Shown: positions 1-14,965 of the stretch, in pieces
How the letters are laid out: each line of letters starts with the position of its first letter
Position numbering within the stretch: position 1 is the first letter of the stretch
DNA from: Chrysomallon squamiferum
Lineage: Eukaryota; Animalia; Mollusca
Length of the DNA stretch: 64,000 bases
NCBI GenBank assembly: GCA_012295275.1
Contig: CM022672.1
Location: 30,504,001-30,568,000, forward strand
Reading direction: 5' to 3'
The notes under the pieces: generated by a model
What the model saw: the letters and a program-made list of their open reading frames with translations, nothing else
The model's database searches: none
Told to the model about the DNA's origin: nothing
Position numbers and translations under genes: made by a program

Positions 1-8
1 CCACTCAC

Positions 9-1046
9 CTCTACATTTGTGTGTATTGCAAGTCACAGTCCGTGTCTCGACACTGGATCCCTGACAGTCACTTCCACCATTTCGAGGTGATGGATTGTTG
101 CAGGATCTGTATCTTCTCTGATCTTTGTGTTCAGATCCACACAGGCCATAACATTCAGTGGTGTCCCTCCAATATGACCAGCTACTCCAGCCACCATTAA
201 CTAATCATAAATAAGATATTGAAGTTTATAACAAATGTAAATTACAGTTAAATGATTGGTGCAAAGGCTTTTGTCCTCATATTATGTCTTAGGAAGTAAA
301 AACTTCAATTTGCCCACTGCGCTATTTCCCATTTCTGCAAGTACCTCATGATGTACTTACCAAATACAGTTCTATGTGGTATTCTAATTCTAAATGTAAA
401 GCATTTAAAGCATTGTTCATGGTTATTCACTGAAAAGTTTTATTTTTTATTTTTTTATTCTTTTGTTGTTGTGTTTTTGGTATTTATTTATTTATTTATT
501 TATTTATTTTATTTTATTTTATTTTATTTTATTTTTTTTTATATTTTTTTTTTTATTTTATACTCAACAGGCAAAAACAAAATTGCAGACATTAAATGAA
601 AATTAAATGTCCTGAAAATCCGAACTAAATGCAACTAAGAAATAACACTAATGCTAACTGCCTTAAGTAAAAGAAGAGTGGAATAATGCTCTATTTAATA
701 TCCAAAGAAACTCGAGAAAAGACAAACCATTTACGGTTTATCAGATTTGTAAATATTTTATTAGTTTGTGAAAAACGAATGTTAATCAATTATAAAGTAA
801 CAAGATACATAAACCAATTCTTAGGAATTGTTAAGTTACAACAAAGGCTAACATTGTTGAGTTATATTTACTTTCACATGCTGCTCTACAACAGAGTTGT
901 TTTGTTGAGTTATACTTACTTGCAGGAGGTCGAGTTGTTGTAGGTGGTGCCCTAGAAGGCACACGACTGCGAGTCCACCATCCCCACAAAAATGCTTCAG
1001 TACAGACCAATAATACACATACGATTAACAGTGTAAACAATTTCAT
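9..1046 (-). CDS. Copy A (5' part only): secreted TSR/chitin-binding-domain family protein
   Basis: Signal exon 920-1046 (ag|ATG; [42 protein letters not shown]; phase-1 gtaagt donor). TSR exon 9-200 (192 nt; [64 protein letters not shown]; gtgagt donor). The remaining exons lie beyond position 1. Confidence 0.85.
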
Positions 1047-1350
1047 CTATGACAGAATACAAAAAAATATATAGATATACAGATATATATGCACACATAT
1101 GTAGTATTCTACAGATACACACATGCTCACAGCCATATATAAAGATGAAATCTGGTCAGAAAAGAAAATGTCACAGCCTTTAAAATTTCTTCCGACCTGT
1201 TTGAAAAGAGGATAAACATAGCCATCCAAAATGAGTACAAAAAAAAAAAAAAAAAAAAAAAAAAAATGAATGAAAATAAATTATCAAAAATATTAAACAA
1301 ACAGCCAAAGGAAAATAAATAATTTTAGCTAATAATAAAGTATAATTTAC

Positions 1351-1445
1351 CTTCGGATTCCAGATTGTTTAGATCTGTTCTATGAACAAATTCAAAAACT
1401 TCATATAGATAAATGGTGAGGATTGTAACACAATGACTGGGAAAA
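1351..1445 (-). promoter_or_regulatory. Putative non-coding first exon and core promoter of copy A
   Basis: Conserved block ending GGAATCCGAAG|gtaaat (donor at 1350), with a TATA-like tatatg near 1402-1407. The same block lies upstream of B, C, D and F. The coding exon begins ag|ATG, which fits an upstream exon. The TSS is inferred. Confidence 0.55.
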
Positions 1446-2218
1446 AAACACTGACACAGAGAACAGCCAAAATGAAATCAATACGCAAATTTAATTAACT
1501 CGCACTGGAGACATCTGTTGTTATATCAAATATTTCCTTCATATTAAGTTACTCCTAATGAAAAAGAGATATCGTTGGAAATATTTAAAATTTTGTTTTA
1601 ATATTCGGGTAAACGTCTCGTTGATATATAATGTTCAGCATAACAGTTCCAGGATCATTTTTTGGGTTATTTTCCCATTTCTACGAAAGCTCTGTGTCGT
1701 TTCTTTCAGATTTAAATTAAGTCTGACCTCAGTTGTGAGTAATAAATATCTTGTAATATCTTCATTCAAATGTTCATTCATTCAATTATTCATATATACA
1801 AGAACTACTGCAGTTTCTCAAAACAGTCGTTCGTTGGTTTCACTCTTAAGATTTAATTTCTATCACCACGTTATCTTGCTGTGATGAAAAACCAAATTAG
1901 AATAATTAAAACCTTTGACTCATCAATGGTAATTTCAAAAGGTTAGTTTTACAGGGTTCTTTAAATTATTTGTTATGGTATTCAGTCGTACTGAAATTTC
2001 TATGACCACATTATAACACTGTCGTGATAGGCTAAAAACCAAATCAGGATAATTAAAACCTTTGACTGTAACTCACAAATGGTAATTTCAAAATGTTACT
2101 TTTACAGGATTCTTTAAATGACTTGTTATTGTATTCAGACTTATTGAAATTACGCAGACAACAATAAGATTTTAATCAAGACTATGATGTTTTTAAGATA
2201 ACTACTTAAAAACAATAA

Positions 2219-2355
<137 letters not shown>

Positions 2356-3059
2356 AACATATCTATATGTGCTTTGTGATGCTTTATACATGTTGCCACC
2401 ATTAATCTATCACTGTACATTAGTAATCAGAAATAACAATTCCACTCACAAGGTGACAGTCTCATTCAAAAACAACCATTTATAAACTATATTAAGAACA
2501 TTTTAATGTTCTTGTTATTAACTGTTTTTTAATAGTTATCTTTGTCAGTAATGTACAACCCAAATCTTTGTTCGTATTTAAAGAGTACCTTTGCTGACAA
2601 GTTACATTTCACATTTTCTTTCTTGCTGTCCAGTGTTAATACAGAAGTACAAAAACAAGAGAATAGTTTTAAAATATCTGACCGCCACAATGTTTGCTTT
2701 GGAATAACATTATGATGTACAGGAGTCAGGAATGTTTTTTGTGGCTAACATCTAAAGGGATGGGGTAAACCACTGGAACTACTAATCTCATTTAGGCAAA
2801 ATATCCTGACATGAGAAACATATACAATCAATTTATTCACTCTGTGAACAGAGTAAACAATATGGATTGCCTTTTTTTAAATATATGTGATGATTTCCTT
2901 CTATACTAGTAAGTGTAAGTGACTTTGATATCAAGATTAGGAATGAATTAATGAAACAGTAGCTTGTCATTTTATAATACTAACAATGGTTTTCTGTCAT
3001 TCATATAAACATATTTGTATATTTATATACAGTGGCATGTAATAATGTTTATATAAAAT

Positions 3060-3990
3060 GATGTCCCGCTTCAGGTCTCGTGAGAAAGGTGAAGAGAATC
3101 AGTCCTTTGACCATCTGTTGCTTTGGCAATCATCTCCTTTTCAGCTTTGTACCGTTTATCAGTGTTAAAATTTTGACATTTGAAACCTCAAACTCAATCT
3201 AGTATTGATCAATGCTTCAACGCTGCTAACATTGAGAAACAGTATCTATCATTGTTTAAAGGACATGGAAATTGAGGTGTTACTGAAATCAAATATTTTG
3301 TGAAATCTTTTATCAAATGAAGTCATTCCTGTAAAACTGACATTTGAGAAGTTTCGTTGTCAAGCAATCAAGAACACACAATAGCGTTCAACAGCTGGGC
3401 TCACTGTTTACAGTTCCTATGAGAGATAATGCATAAACTTTGCATCATCCATAAAATCAGGGCAGATCAAGGATTTCAGGACCGTGTCTAAAATGTTATA
3501 TACTGCTCTGTTGACTGCAGTCAGTCAACTTAAATATTTGTTTGCTGCTGATGTTTGTTTTAACAGATATGGCACATTAGCAACAAATTTCACATTTTAA
3601 AGTTATCCAGAATGGTTTGAAATTAAAATTTGAAAAATATTAAGAAATTCTCCTCATGGTATTTATAATTCACTAACAAAAGACAATATTCTTTCGATTT
3701 TGATAATCCAGTTATGGCAGAATGGCTAATCGCGGAATATGACAAAGTGCTGTTTTAAATAATAAAGAAACTCTTCATATCTGTATTAATTAATCTAATT
3801 CAGACATAATCCTTACATATGTATTATTACTAATATAACAAAATCAAAATCAAAATCATTGCATAAAGAGTATATTTATATAAAATTAAGTGTATTTGAT
3901 ATCTGTTATCGCCCCCTCCCCCTCAAGACATACACAGTACAGTTCCCATGGAATCCAATTTTACATCTGTACAATTAAATACACATAGTT
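3060..3990. repeat. Unclassified ~0.9 kb segment carried in each duplicated unit
   Basis: Starts near caggtctcgtgagaaaggtgaagagaatc. Copies at about 11160-12060, 30065-30820, 36810-37745 and 59910-60850; inverted partial copy at about 28900-29670; diverged fragment at about 50308-50490. I found no conserved open frame. Confidence 0.8.
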
Positions 3991-4199
3991 GTAGAATATT
4001 TTAAATTTAAAAACAAGCAAGAAAAAAAAAAAAAAAATCTGGAATGAAGCTGTTATCCATGTGATTTATTTCATGCGTGTTTTTGATACATGTAGCAAGA
4101 AAACAAGTTTGTTTTTAAGTTTATTGATATTTCATATATTTACTCTAATTGTTTTTCCCATTGGTTAATTTACGAGATAATTCAAACAGTATATGTACT

Positions 4200-4342
4200 T
4201 CGTTTTGCTATTTTCGGGGACTTGAGTGCAATAATGGTATTGCAATGAATTTGAGTTCGGAAAATTGATTTGATATACAAGCAAATTGAGATACGAGCTC
4301 GGTCACAAAACGTAATTAAACTCGTAAGTCAAGCTACCATTG
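4200..4342 (+). mobile_element. 3' terminal fragment of a Tigger-like element
   Basis: Matches the right end of the 23933-24676 element (gagatacgagctcggtcac...cgtaagtcaagctaccattg|ta). Confidence 0.7.
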
Positions 4343-6380
4343 TAGTTATATATTTAATTTTTTGGGCCGTTTGCGGATAATTGCCATATCTATATGATGA
4401 AATACATTCCATTGATATAAATTAGAAAATTTGAAAATTTAATTTTTAAGGAGTTTCTTTTTTTTCTTTTGGCACGTTCAAAGTATTTTAGAATGAGAAT
4501 ATATAAAGAACACATTAAAACCAAGTAAACACATTTATTCCAACATCATTTCCAAATGCATTGCCACAACTACTGCAAAATCAAATAAAAAGGCAAATAC
4601 AATTGGTCTTTAATTTATCCTCATTGTATTTATCCATTCGACCCTAGCATACCTTATCACTGAGTGAATTCCACGCTAAATAATCCATCTACTCATCCCT
4701 CCCAGTTCCTCTCAGTGATAAACAATCCTGTACTTTCAATCCTTTTTTTCTTTTTTTTAATCATTCTATTGCATTTACGGTCCTTACTCAAATTCAGCTG
4801 TGCACACTAGTATTTATTATTGCCCTTTAAAAATATTTTAATTAAAAATTTGGGATTGTTTCTTTCCTTTTGTTGTTGTTATTTGTAACATTACCTTTTT
4901 TCGTTTTCAGTATCGTAAATAATATTTCAATTTACAGTAGAAAGAGACAAAGTTCTATATGGATATAACAATAAATACTCGAATAATTTGTTTTATTCTT
5001 CCATATTATTATTTGCTGTTATGTCTGATCTATGTCTATATATATAACAAAATTTATTATTATTATAATTATTATTATAAAAGTTATTATATTACTGAAA
5101 TTGAATTATGTAATTTTCACTTAAAATTGTTTGAAGTAGTAATTAATATATCACTTTTAATTTAATGATTAACGTTATTTGAAATGTCAACATACTTTTT
5201 GTCTTTTTTTTTAAATATAGCAGGAAGTCATTTCATTATTAATTTCATTATGTTTTCGTAGGTGTTTGGGATGATGATGCTTATAAAAGTATGAAGCAGG
5301 GAACCTTCCAGAGGCAGATTTTTAAAAATAAATTCAACATGTTTATTATTATCTTTATTTATTAATTTAATTATATATTTTTTTTATTATTATTTGTTTA
5401 TTTCTTTGTCTTTTTTACACCTTATTTTTTTTTTTTTTGGCTTTTTTTTATTCAATTACCATTATTATTTTTCAATTAATCTTATGGTTCTTGGGTTGTT
5501 TTTTTTGCTGAGTGGTTCTACTTGCCACTTTTACTAATGGAAACAGATTTCTGATGAAAGCTAATCCGAGTATTGTATTCTTCTCTTGACTTTCCACTTA
5601 TTGTGTACATCTCACCCAATTCAACTGAGATATCTTATTAATAATATTACAATTCAAATACCAGTAACGTGTTAATTCTGATTCAGAGTTACAGTTCCTG
5701 TAATTCATAATTTGAATTTATCTACATAAATAATTATATCTCTCAATCTATTTTACTGTCTGTATTTTATATATATATAGTGCAACATGCATTTTGACTC
5801 AGTGTAGCAGTTCTTGTAAATCATAATTTAAATATATAAACAGAAATAATTATATCTGTTTATCCATTTATGTCTTACTATATTTATAGATATATTAATA
5901 GGCAGTTTTATTTAAAATAATGTCTAATGGAAGATTGGATTGATGTGAATGATGGCCCTAAAATATTTCTAAATGTCTATATATTTAATTAATCTTGCTT
6001 TAAAGATCTGATATATATAATTAAATTAGCATTCAGTCAAAAAAGAAAAAATCACGAGGAAAGATTATCCATAACAACACAAAAGTGGGAAATATTGTTG
6101 TTAAAATAATGTTGTAAACGTGCTAAAGATATTTCATTAACCATAGACAATATTTGTAATAATATCATAATAATGAAATAAAGCACAAAATATGCTTACA
6201 TACAAACACATAATTAACCAATTAAAATAATTTGAAAAAAAAGTATTTTATTTGTTCTTCTTATTAATTTTTTAATATTTTATTTCTTCCATTTCACCTA
6301 GTTACATCATATCAGAAAAAAATGTCAAGCTGTATTAATCTTACAATTTTATTTTCTTTCATTGAACTCGCTGATAAAAA

Positions 6381-8015
6381 TTAGCATGTACCAAATAAAC
6401 AAGTTGATTGTTTTGTGTCCCAGACAGTTCCTGGTGCACAAGAAAGCTTGCGAGCCTCACCATTAACACACAGGACAAACTGACGACAAGTTTTTCCAGC
6501 AATGAAGGAAAATCCTACTTTAGGACAGTCATCTGAAAAGGATGATAGTAAGCAATAAATGCCTGTAATAATCATCATCATCAGACCTATGTCAATCACT
6601 GACAAGGATTTTGTTAATATATATTACTAACATCTGCAAATAGAAAATGCTACAGTTTTAATAATCTCAGACTGTTTAATTTATAATTACTTAAGAATAT
6701 TAAAATTATTGTTTAATATTAAGAAAATGAAACAGAACACTCAGAGATGTATGTATGGATGTGTGTACGTATATAATGAAAGTATTAAAACATTTCTGAT
6801 TATGATCTTGTTAGCTATTAAAGTTTTACACTCAGATTTAATTTTTCTATCTCCATTAACTACTAACAACCACAGTTCTGTGTGTTGCAGGGAACATCTT
6901 TCACTTCAGTTGTTTCTCCTTCACATGACTTTCCACCATTTGTAGGAGAAGGATTATCACATGTTCTGCTTCTTGACTGGTTTTTGTATCCTGTTCCACA
7001 CACTTTTGAACATTCAGTAACATTCTTCCATTCCGACCAAGTACTCCAACCACCATCAACTGTTAATAATATAAATATGTGTTTATATGTGACCACTGCA
7101 TTGAAAACAAGTAACATTAAAATGTAGATTAAACCTTTGTTGATCCCCAGTTCAGTCTATTTCGTTATGTATTTCTAGAAACTTAATCATCAAAAATCTT
7201 AATGGTAGTTAAGTGATGGCAAAAATAATAGTTTTTGACTGTCCTATAAGAAAAATTATAATTTAGTTCAAAACATCTGTTTTGAACATATTCAAAAGAC
7301 ACATCACAAATTATCAACTCTTGCAGCTAGTAATATTCTAAACTAAATAATTAATTATTAAAATGTTTTATGCTTATCAACTTTAGACTTCATTTTCTAA
7401 AAAGTGTTGTCTACTGAAAATAGTGGATAAGTATATATTAAATTACTTGGACATGCTTGCAGATTACAGCTGTATGTTTCGTTTTCAATTTTGGATCCAT
7501 AGCACGAATGTCCACCATAGGCAGGCACTGGATTAGTGCAAGTTCTGCTCCTCATTCCCGCACGAAATCCACCTCCACAAGTTTTGCTGCATTCATCGTA
7601 TGACCAATCTGACCAAGATGCCCACCCACCATCCACTGTAAAATAAAGAGTATGTTAGAATTTACGAGTGAAGAATCAGATGAAGCCAAGAAAAGACTAT
7701 TCTGTTGACAGATTATTTTAGGGTCATTTATTTAATTACTTATATATTTACACGGATTCTTATGTACTAATTCATATATGAGCTTGCCTACTTATATCTT
7801 ATTAATTCATTTAAATACTTATGTACAAAATTAATGCTTAGATACTTACGTAGATATATATTTATTTACTATCATATCTATTTGTCCACTTACATATCTA
7901 TACACTAATATATACTTTTTCTAGGTATTTCCTTATATTCATAATCACAAATTTATTTATTTGCTTTTGTAGATGCATGCTTTCAGATTTACATACATAC
8001 TTGCATACGTATATG

Positions 8016-8054
<39 letters not shown>

Positions 8055-8097
8055 CAACTGAAACATTTTCTAACATACACATAGATAGATATGAATA

Positions 8098-8137
<40 letters not shown>

Positions 8138-9214
8138 CACAAGACATATACTTGTAGATACATCTATACTCGTTTATTTATTATGAGACAGAAATCTTAC
8201 AATTTATATGAGGTTTTCAAAGAATGTGGCTCTCAATATTAACCAAGGACATGCGATATATAATTTTTATATTACTGACATTAATATAACACTCACCTCC
8301 ACATTTGTGTATATTGCAAGTCACTTTCCGGGTCTCGACACTGTACCCCTGACAGTAACTTCCACCATGTTGAGGTAATGGATTGTTGCACGACCTAGTC
8401 CTGTCCTGCTGTTTGATTCCATATCCACATGACCTAGAACAGCCACTGGTGTCAACCCAGGAAGACCAGCTGTTCCAGCCACCATCAACTAATCATAAAT
8501 AGGATATTGAAGTTTATAATAAATGTAAATTTCGCCTCATATTATGTCTTAGAAAGTAAGAACTTCAATTTACCCACTGGGCTATTTCCCATTTTTGCAA
8601 GTACCTCATGACGTACTTATCTAATACACTGGTATGTGTTTTTCTAACAACAAAAATGTAAAGCATTTAAAGGATTATTCATGGTTATTCAGTGAAAACT
8701 GGTGACTGAATATTTTCTGTTCTTTCCTTCTTCTTTTTTTTATCTTCAACTGACAAAAAATAAATGGTAGACATTAAATAAAAGTTAAGTCTACTGGATT
8801 TTCCTCCTAAAAAAGCACAACTAAATGCAACTATCAAATACCACTGTCTTAAGTAAAACAAGAGTTGATTAATGCTATATATTTGAAGATTTTCCAAGAC
8901 TATATCATATTTTCTAGAGAAGGTAGAGTAAAGATAAACCATTTACAGTTTATCAGATTTGTAATTTTTTTATTAGTTTGTGAAAAACGGATGTTAATGA
9001 ATTGTGAAGAAGCAAGATACTCAAGCAAGTTCTCAGAAATTTGAAAGTTAGAACAAAAGGCTAATATTGTTGAGTTTTACTTACTTTCAGATGCTGGTCT
9101 ACAACCGGGTTATGTTGTTGAGTTATACTTACTAGGATGCTTTCGCCCCCAAAACCAGACGGCTTCAGTACAGACCACTAATACACATACGATTAACAGA
9201 GTAAATAGTTTCAT
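6381..9214 (-). CDS. Copy B: secreted protein with 3 TSRs and a C-terminal chitin-binding (peritrophin-A/CBM14-like) domain, 268 aa
   Basis: Exons 9133-9214 ([27 protein letters not shown]), 8297-8488, 7447-7635, 6868-7059 and 6381-6532. All introns are GT-AG, phase 1, and the 807 nt read open. TSRs show WxxWxxW, CSxxCG and RxRxC. The last exon has C-x13-C-x5-C-x9-C-x12-C-x4-C. AATAAA lies near 6246-6251 on the minus strand. Confidence 0.9.
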
Positions 9215-9467
9215 CTATGAAAAAAGCAGAAAGAAAATATAGAGACAAACAGATACTCACAGACATATATAAAGATGAAATCTGGTCACAAAAAGAAATG
9301 CAACAGCCTTTGAAATCTCTTCCAACATCTTTTAAAAAAAGGATAAACATAGCCACCCCAAATAAATAAAAAATAAAAATAAATTAATGAAAATAAATTA
9401 TTAAAAATATTAAACAAAGAACGAAAGCAAAATATTTTTTTTTAGCTAAAAGTAAAGTATAATTTAC

Positions 9468-9560
9468 CTTCGGATTCCGGATTGTATGGATCTGTTGAAT
9501 GTACAAATTTAAAAACTACATATAGATAAATGGTGAGGATTGTAACACAATGACTGGGAA
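9468..9560 (-). promoter_or_regulatory. Putative first exon and core promoter of copy B
   Basis: Homologous to 1351-1445; donor gtaaat at 9467. Confidence 0.55.
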
Positions 9561-10389
9561 CAAACACTGACACAGAGAACAGCCAAAATGAAATTAATAT
9601 ACAAATTTAATTAACTGCCACTAGAGACATCTGTTGTTATATCAGATATTTGCTTTATATTAAGTTACCCTTGATGAAAAAGAGATATCGTTGGAAATAT
9701 TTAAAATTTTGTTTTAATATTCAAATAAATGTCTCGTGGACATATAAAGTAGAACATAACAGTTCCAGGATCACTTCACCTAACTATGATATTTGGGTTA
9801 TTATCCCGTTTCTACTAAAGCTCCGTGTCGTCTCCTTCAGATCAACAGTATGTTAAAAAATTAAGTCTGACCACAATTGTCAGTAATAAAATGTTTGTAA
9901 TCTCTTCATACTAATACTCATTCCTGTAATTATTCATATGAACAGGAACTACTACAGTTGCTCAACACAGTCTTTTGTTGGTTTCACCCTTCAGTTTTAA
10001 TTTCTATCACCACGTTATCTTGCTGTGATGAAAAAACATATAAGAATAATTAAAACCTTTGACTCATCAATGGTAATTTCAAAAGGTTAGTTTTATAGGG
10101 TTCTTTAAATTATTTGTTATGGTATTCAGTCCTACTGAAATTTCTATGACCATATTATAACACTGTCGTGATAGGCTAAAAACCAAATTAGAATAATTAA
10201 AACCTTTGACTGTAACTCACAAATGGTAATTTCAAAATGTTACTTTTACAGGATTCTTTAAACAACTTGTTACTGTATTAAGGCTTATTGAAATTACGCA
10301 GACAATAATAAGATTTTAATCAGGACTATGATGTTTTTAAGATAATTACTTAAAAACAATAAATATAATAATAATAATAATAATAATAA

Positions 10390-10420
<31 letters not shown>

Positions 10421-12061
10421 AAGAAGAGAAGAAGAAGAAGAAGAAGAAGAAGAAGAAACATATCTATATGTGCTTTGTGATGCTTTATACATGTTGCCAC
10501 CATTAATCTATCACTGTACGTTAGTAATCAGAAATAACAATTCCACTCACAAGCTGACAGTCTGATTCAAAAACAACCATTTACAAACTATATTAAGAAC
10601 ATTTTAATGTTCTTGTTATTAACTGTTTTTTAATAGTTATCTTTGTCAGGAATGTACAACCCAAATCTTTGTTCGTATTTAAATAGTACCTTTGCTGACA
10701 AGTTACATTTCACATTTTCTTTCTTGCTGTCCAGTGTTAATAATGAAGTATAAAAACAAGAGAATAGTTTTAAAATATCTGACCGCCACAATGTTTGCTT
10801 TCGAATAACATTATCATGTACAGGAGTCAGGTATGTTTTTTGTGCCTAACATCTAAAGGGATGGGGTAAACCACTGGAACTACTAATCTCATTTAGGCAA
10901 AATAAGCTGACATGAGAAACATATACAATCGATTTATTCACTCTGTGAACAGAGTAAACAATATGGATTGCCTTTTATATATATGTGATGATTTCCTTCT
11001 ATACTAGTAAATGTAAGTGACTTTGGTATCAAGATTAGGAATGAATTAATAGAAACAGTACCTCGTCATTTTATGATACTAACAATTGTTTTCTGTCATT
11101 CATATATAAATATTTGTATATTTATAGACAGTTGCAAGTAATAATGTTTATTATAATATGATGTGCTGCTTCAGGCCTCGTGAGAAAGGTGAAGAGAATC
11201 ATTTCTTTGACCATCTGTTGCTTTGGCGATCATCTCCCTTTCAGCTTTCCACAGTTTATCAGTGTTAATATTTTGATATTTGAAACCTCAAACTCCATCT
11301 AGTATTGATCCATTCTTCAACGCTGCAAACATTGAGAAACAGTATCTATCATTGTTTAAGGGACACGGAAATTGAGGTGTTACTGAAATAAAATATTTTG
11401 TGAAATCTCTTTAAAACTGACATTTGAGCAATTTCGTTGTCAATCATTTAATGCAATCAATCAAAAACAGACAATAGTGTTCAACAGCTGGGTTCACTGT
11501 TTACACTTTCCATGAGAGATAATGCATAAACTTTGCATCATCCATAAAATCAGGGCAGATCAAGGATTTCAGGACCGTGTCAAAAATGTTATGTACTGCT
11601 CTGGTGACTGCAGTCAAATTAAATATTTCTTTGTTGCTGCTTTTTCTTTTAAAAGATATGGCACATTAGCAACAAATTTCACATTTAAAACTATCCAGAA
11701 TGGTTTGACAGTAGGCGTTAAAAAAAAGAAGTTTTTTCCTTGTGGTATTTAATAGTAATTATTAATGGCTATTTATAATTCACTAACAAAAGACAATATT
11801 CTTTTGATTTTGATAATTCAGTTATGGCAGAATGGCTGATCGCGGGACATGACGAAATGTTGTTTTAAATCTTGAGTTGTTTTAAATAATAAAGAAACTC
11901 TTCATAACTGTATTAATTAATTTAATTCAGTCATAATCCTTACATATGTTACAAAATTAACTATGTTTGATATCTGTTATCGCCCCCTCCCCCTCAAGAC
12001 ATACACAGTGCAGTTCCCCTCCAATCAAATTTTACAGCTATACATTTAAACTCACATATTT

Positions 12062-12103
<42 letters not shown>

Positions 12104-13179
12104 AAATAAAATTAAATTAAAAATTAAAAAAAATAATTAAAAAGAAAAACATTATTTCAAGGGTGTTTTTGTTACTTTTGAGATCTTTTAACTTTTCTTT
12201 TAATGATTTGATGAGAAAAAAAAAATTAAAATGTTTATTTTAATATACATGCAGGAAGGCAACAAGTTTGTTTTTGAGTTTAGCCATATGTAATATATTT
12301 ATTCTAATTCTTTTTCCCATTGGTCAACATACGTGATAAATCAAACAGTATATGTCCGCTCTCATAGGCTACCACGATCTATTGCGATGTCTTTCTCGCT
12401 TTAAGTGACATCTCGGCATAGAGCAACACGTGTATGACATTGTTGTAAATTAAACAGGATCTTCTCTTTGTTAGCAATGGTTTTGTTGTAAACAATGTAA
12501 TCACTGGACCAGTACAGATTCAGCAACCTATCCAACGGCAGATAACTCACAACTTCCCATCATACATTTGCTTTTTTTCCTATGTGCAGGCCTACTATAC
12601 ACGCCTACATAAGGGCTTCCAAAAAACAATTAGCTAATATGAATGTTACATGTTAAATTAACGTACCGAACTCGTATCGTCCAATCTCGCGTGTGTAATC
12701 AGATACACAATTCTATAATATTATGTTTGTGTTGAATAATCATAAACTTTAATAAATAAAATACCATACATTTTTTTAATTTTTTTAATTTTTTAAATTT
12801 TATGATGTGTTATAGACATAATGGTATACACTCACACGTACACACACGTACTTAATACATGTTAAAATTAAAACAGTGTCATAATTATTTTATCAAACAT
12901 GATGATTATTAATCAAAATAAATACAATATGTAGACATCTGCATAGATCTACATAGAAACATAAACTGAAAAAGGTACATGAATTCAAATCAGAAGTGAT
13001 ATATGTATATATATATATATATATATAGATATATATATATATCTATATATATATATATATATATATCTATATATATATAGATATATATAGGCACATTGCA
13101 TATATTTTCTCAAATTTTAAAACGAATTTACATGAGTAAGGCCATTTATAATATCCGTTATTGGCCAAAGTTTTAAGTT

Positions 13180-14100
13180 ACTGGCTCTGATAAGGTCAAA
13201 ATCAATATTAGATGTCGAAACTCGCCTGCATCGTGCTTGGCTGTGACACCTGTCAATCAAATGTCCGGCGGAAATGTCATCTGGAGCGGTGTAAACAGAT
13301 AATGACAGTTCACAAAATTATTTTAGTTGTAGTTTTTATCGCTTTGAATTCCACAGTGTACAGCTGAGTTAGAATAAGGACTTAAATGCCACTTGTTTCC
13401 CTGAGTTCCGATCATTAGATTAATTAAAATAAAATAAACAAAATAAAACGAAAAACGACATTTGAAAGTACAGGATTGTCTGCCCCTGAGAGGAAAGTGG
13501 GAGGGATGAATGGATTGATTATTTAGCGCGGAGGTCACTCAGTGATAAGGTATAATGCTAGGGTCAAATGGACAAGTTCAATGAGGACAAATAAAATATT
13601 TTGTAAAGTCTCTTGACTATTTTCAGAAAACAGACGCGTTACAAAAATTATCATTGGAAAGAAACAACAGAAGTGCAGCTTAAAGCAACAACAGAAGTGC
13701 AGTTTAAAGCAACTACACGAACTTCTTCCTATCGTGTTTTCTGCCGAACGGCGGATTAATTGATGGCCATTGAGGCCGGTTCACTCCCGAGTCTGAAAAC
13801 GACTGACGAAGCCGATTCTCAGCAACCAGAATCTTCTGAATTCTGTTTCATGGTTCTTAACTGTGAGCAAAATGACCATACTTTTCATAAACTGTCAATT
13901 GAACCATCATAAAATTACTATTTAAGTGATTAAGTCTGGGTTAAAATGATATCGAAGCTAGTTACGTATACATTGTTTAACTCTACCTCTACCTTGGTCA
14001 ATAAACCTTCAAAGTTATTTAGGCATGATATTAGTTACAGACTGTGTGTTGGAGGAGGCCTTCAGCACAGACGGTTTTGGAAAGTTTATTTATTTCTGCT
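13180..14100. repeat. CpG-richer composite repeat, probably nested transposon relics
   Basis: Copies at about 38870-39530 and 61870-62780, partial at 51270-51720. The sub-segment at about 13463-13593 also occurs inverted at about 4612-4740. Confidence 0.7.
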
Positions 14101-14965
14101 GACGGAAAATGCTAAATATACATGGTCACGTGACGCCAGTTTCTTAGCTACTGCTGTGGAAAAAAAGAAAAAAGAGAGAAAATGCCTTCTCATATATAAC
14201 TGTTTAATCTGTAGTAAGTTTTCGACGGTTGTGGTAGTGCCTTGGAAATAATATTGGAAATCATTATGGAATAAAATAAATGTGTTTAACTGGTGTTAGT
14301 GCGTTCTTAATTTATTCTCATTCTAAATTGCTTTGAACCCCTTAAAAATTGATATGTCTGATTTTCTAATTTATATCTTTTCAATGTATTTCTTCAACTA
14401 GATCTTATCACTGATTAATTTGGCATGAAATATATATTTATAGTACAAGTAGAAGTGAAGATTTTATTTTGTTTTATCTAATGCAACTTAATAATTTTAC
14501 CAATTTTGGCTTTACATATCAATGCAAATATACTTTGCAGAGATATAAGAAAAAGTAGAGTGAATACCTACAACTCTTGGTATGATTTATTCTGGTTTAA
14601 CAAAGAAAGTCTCGCTTCAGAATCTTGCAACTGTGCGCAAACAGCTCTCAAGCTATTTGAATGACAAGTTATTTTATCATTGAAATGAAGATAAAAAGAT
14701 GAACAGTTATATTTAGGAATCATCGTTATATTTCCAAAAGAGAAAATGTGTTTTGAGTCACCCCAAAACTGCATATTCTCTGTTTGATGTAATTAATGAT
14801 ATTAATTTTAAAGATAATGAACAAAAATATAAAAAAAATGTTTTCTGTTTTTAGTACCATATCTCTGTCTTATTTTCCATTTTCTTCTTTTATTCATTAC
14901 ATTTTTATCTTCTACAGAAATGTATTCAATTGTTTGCATGTTTGGAAGACACAACACTTTCATGA

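Noticed and set aside
6533-6605. Hydrophobic leader [24 protein letters not shown] before the CBD, suggesting a standalone secreted CBD
   Set aside because: It starts at TTG, lies upstream of a good ttttcag acceptor, and is interrupted by a stop in D and F; it is intron.
11522-11752. ORF MHKLCIIHKIRADQGFQDRV... in the shared flank
   Set aside because: Closed by a stop (gtc taa or gtc tga) in the other direct copies.
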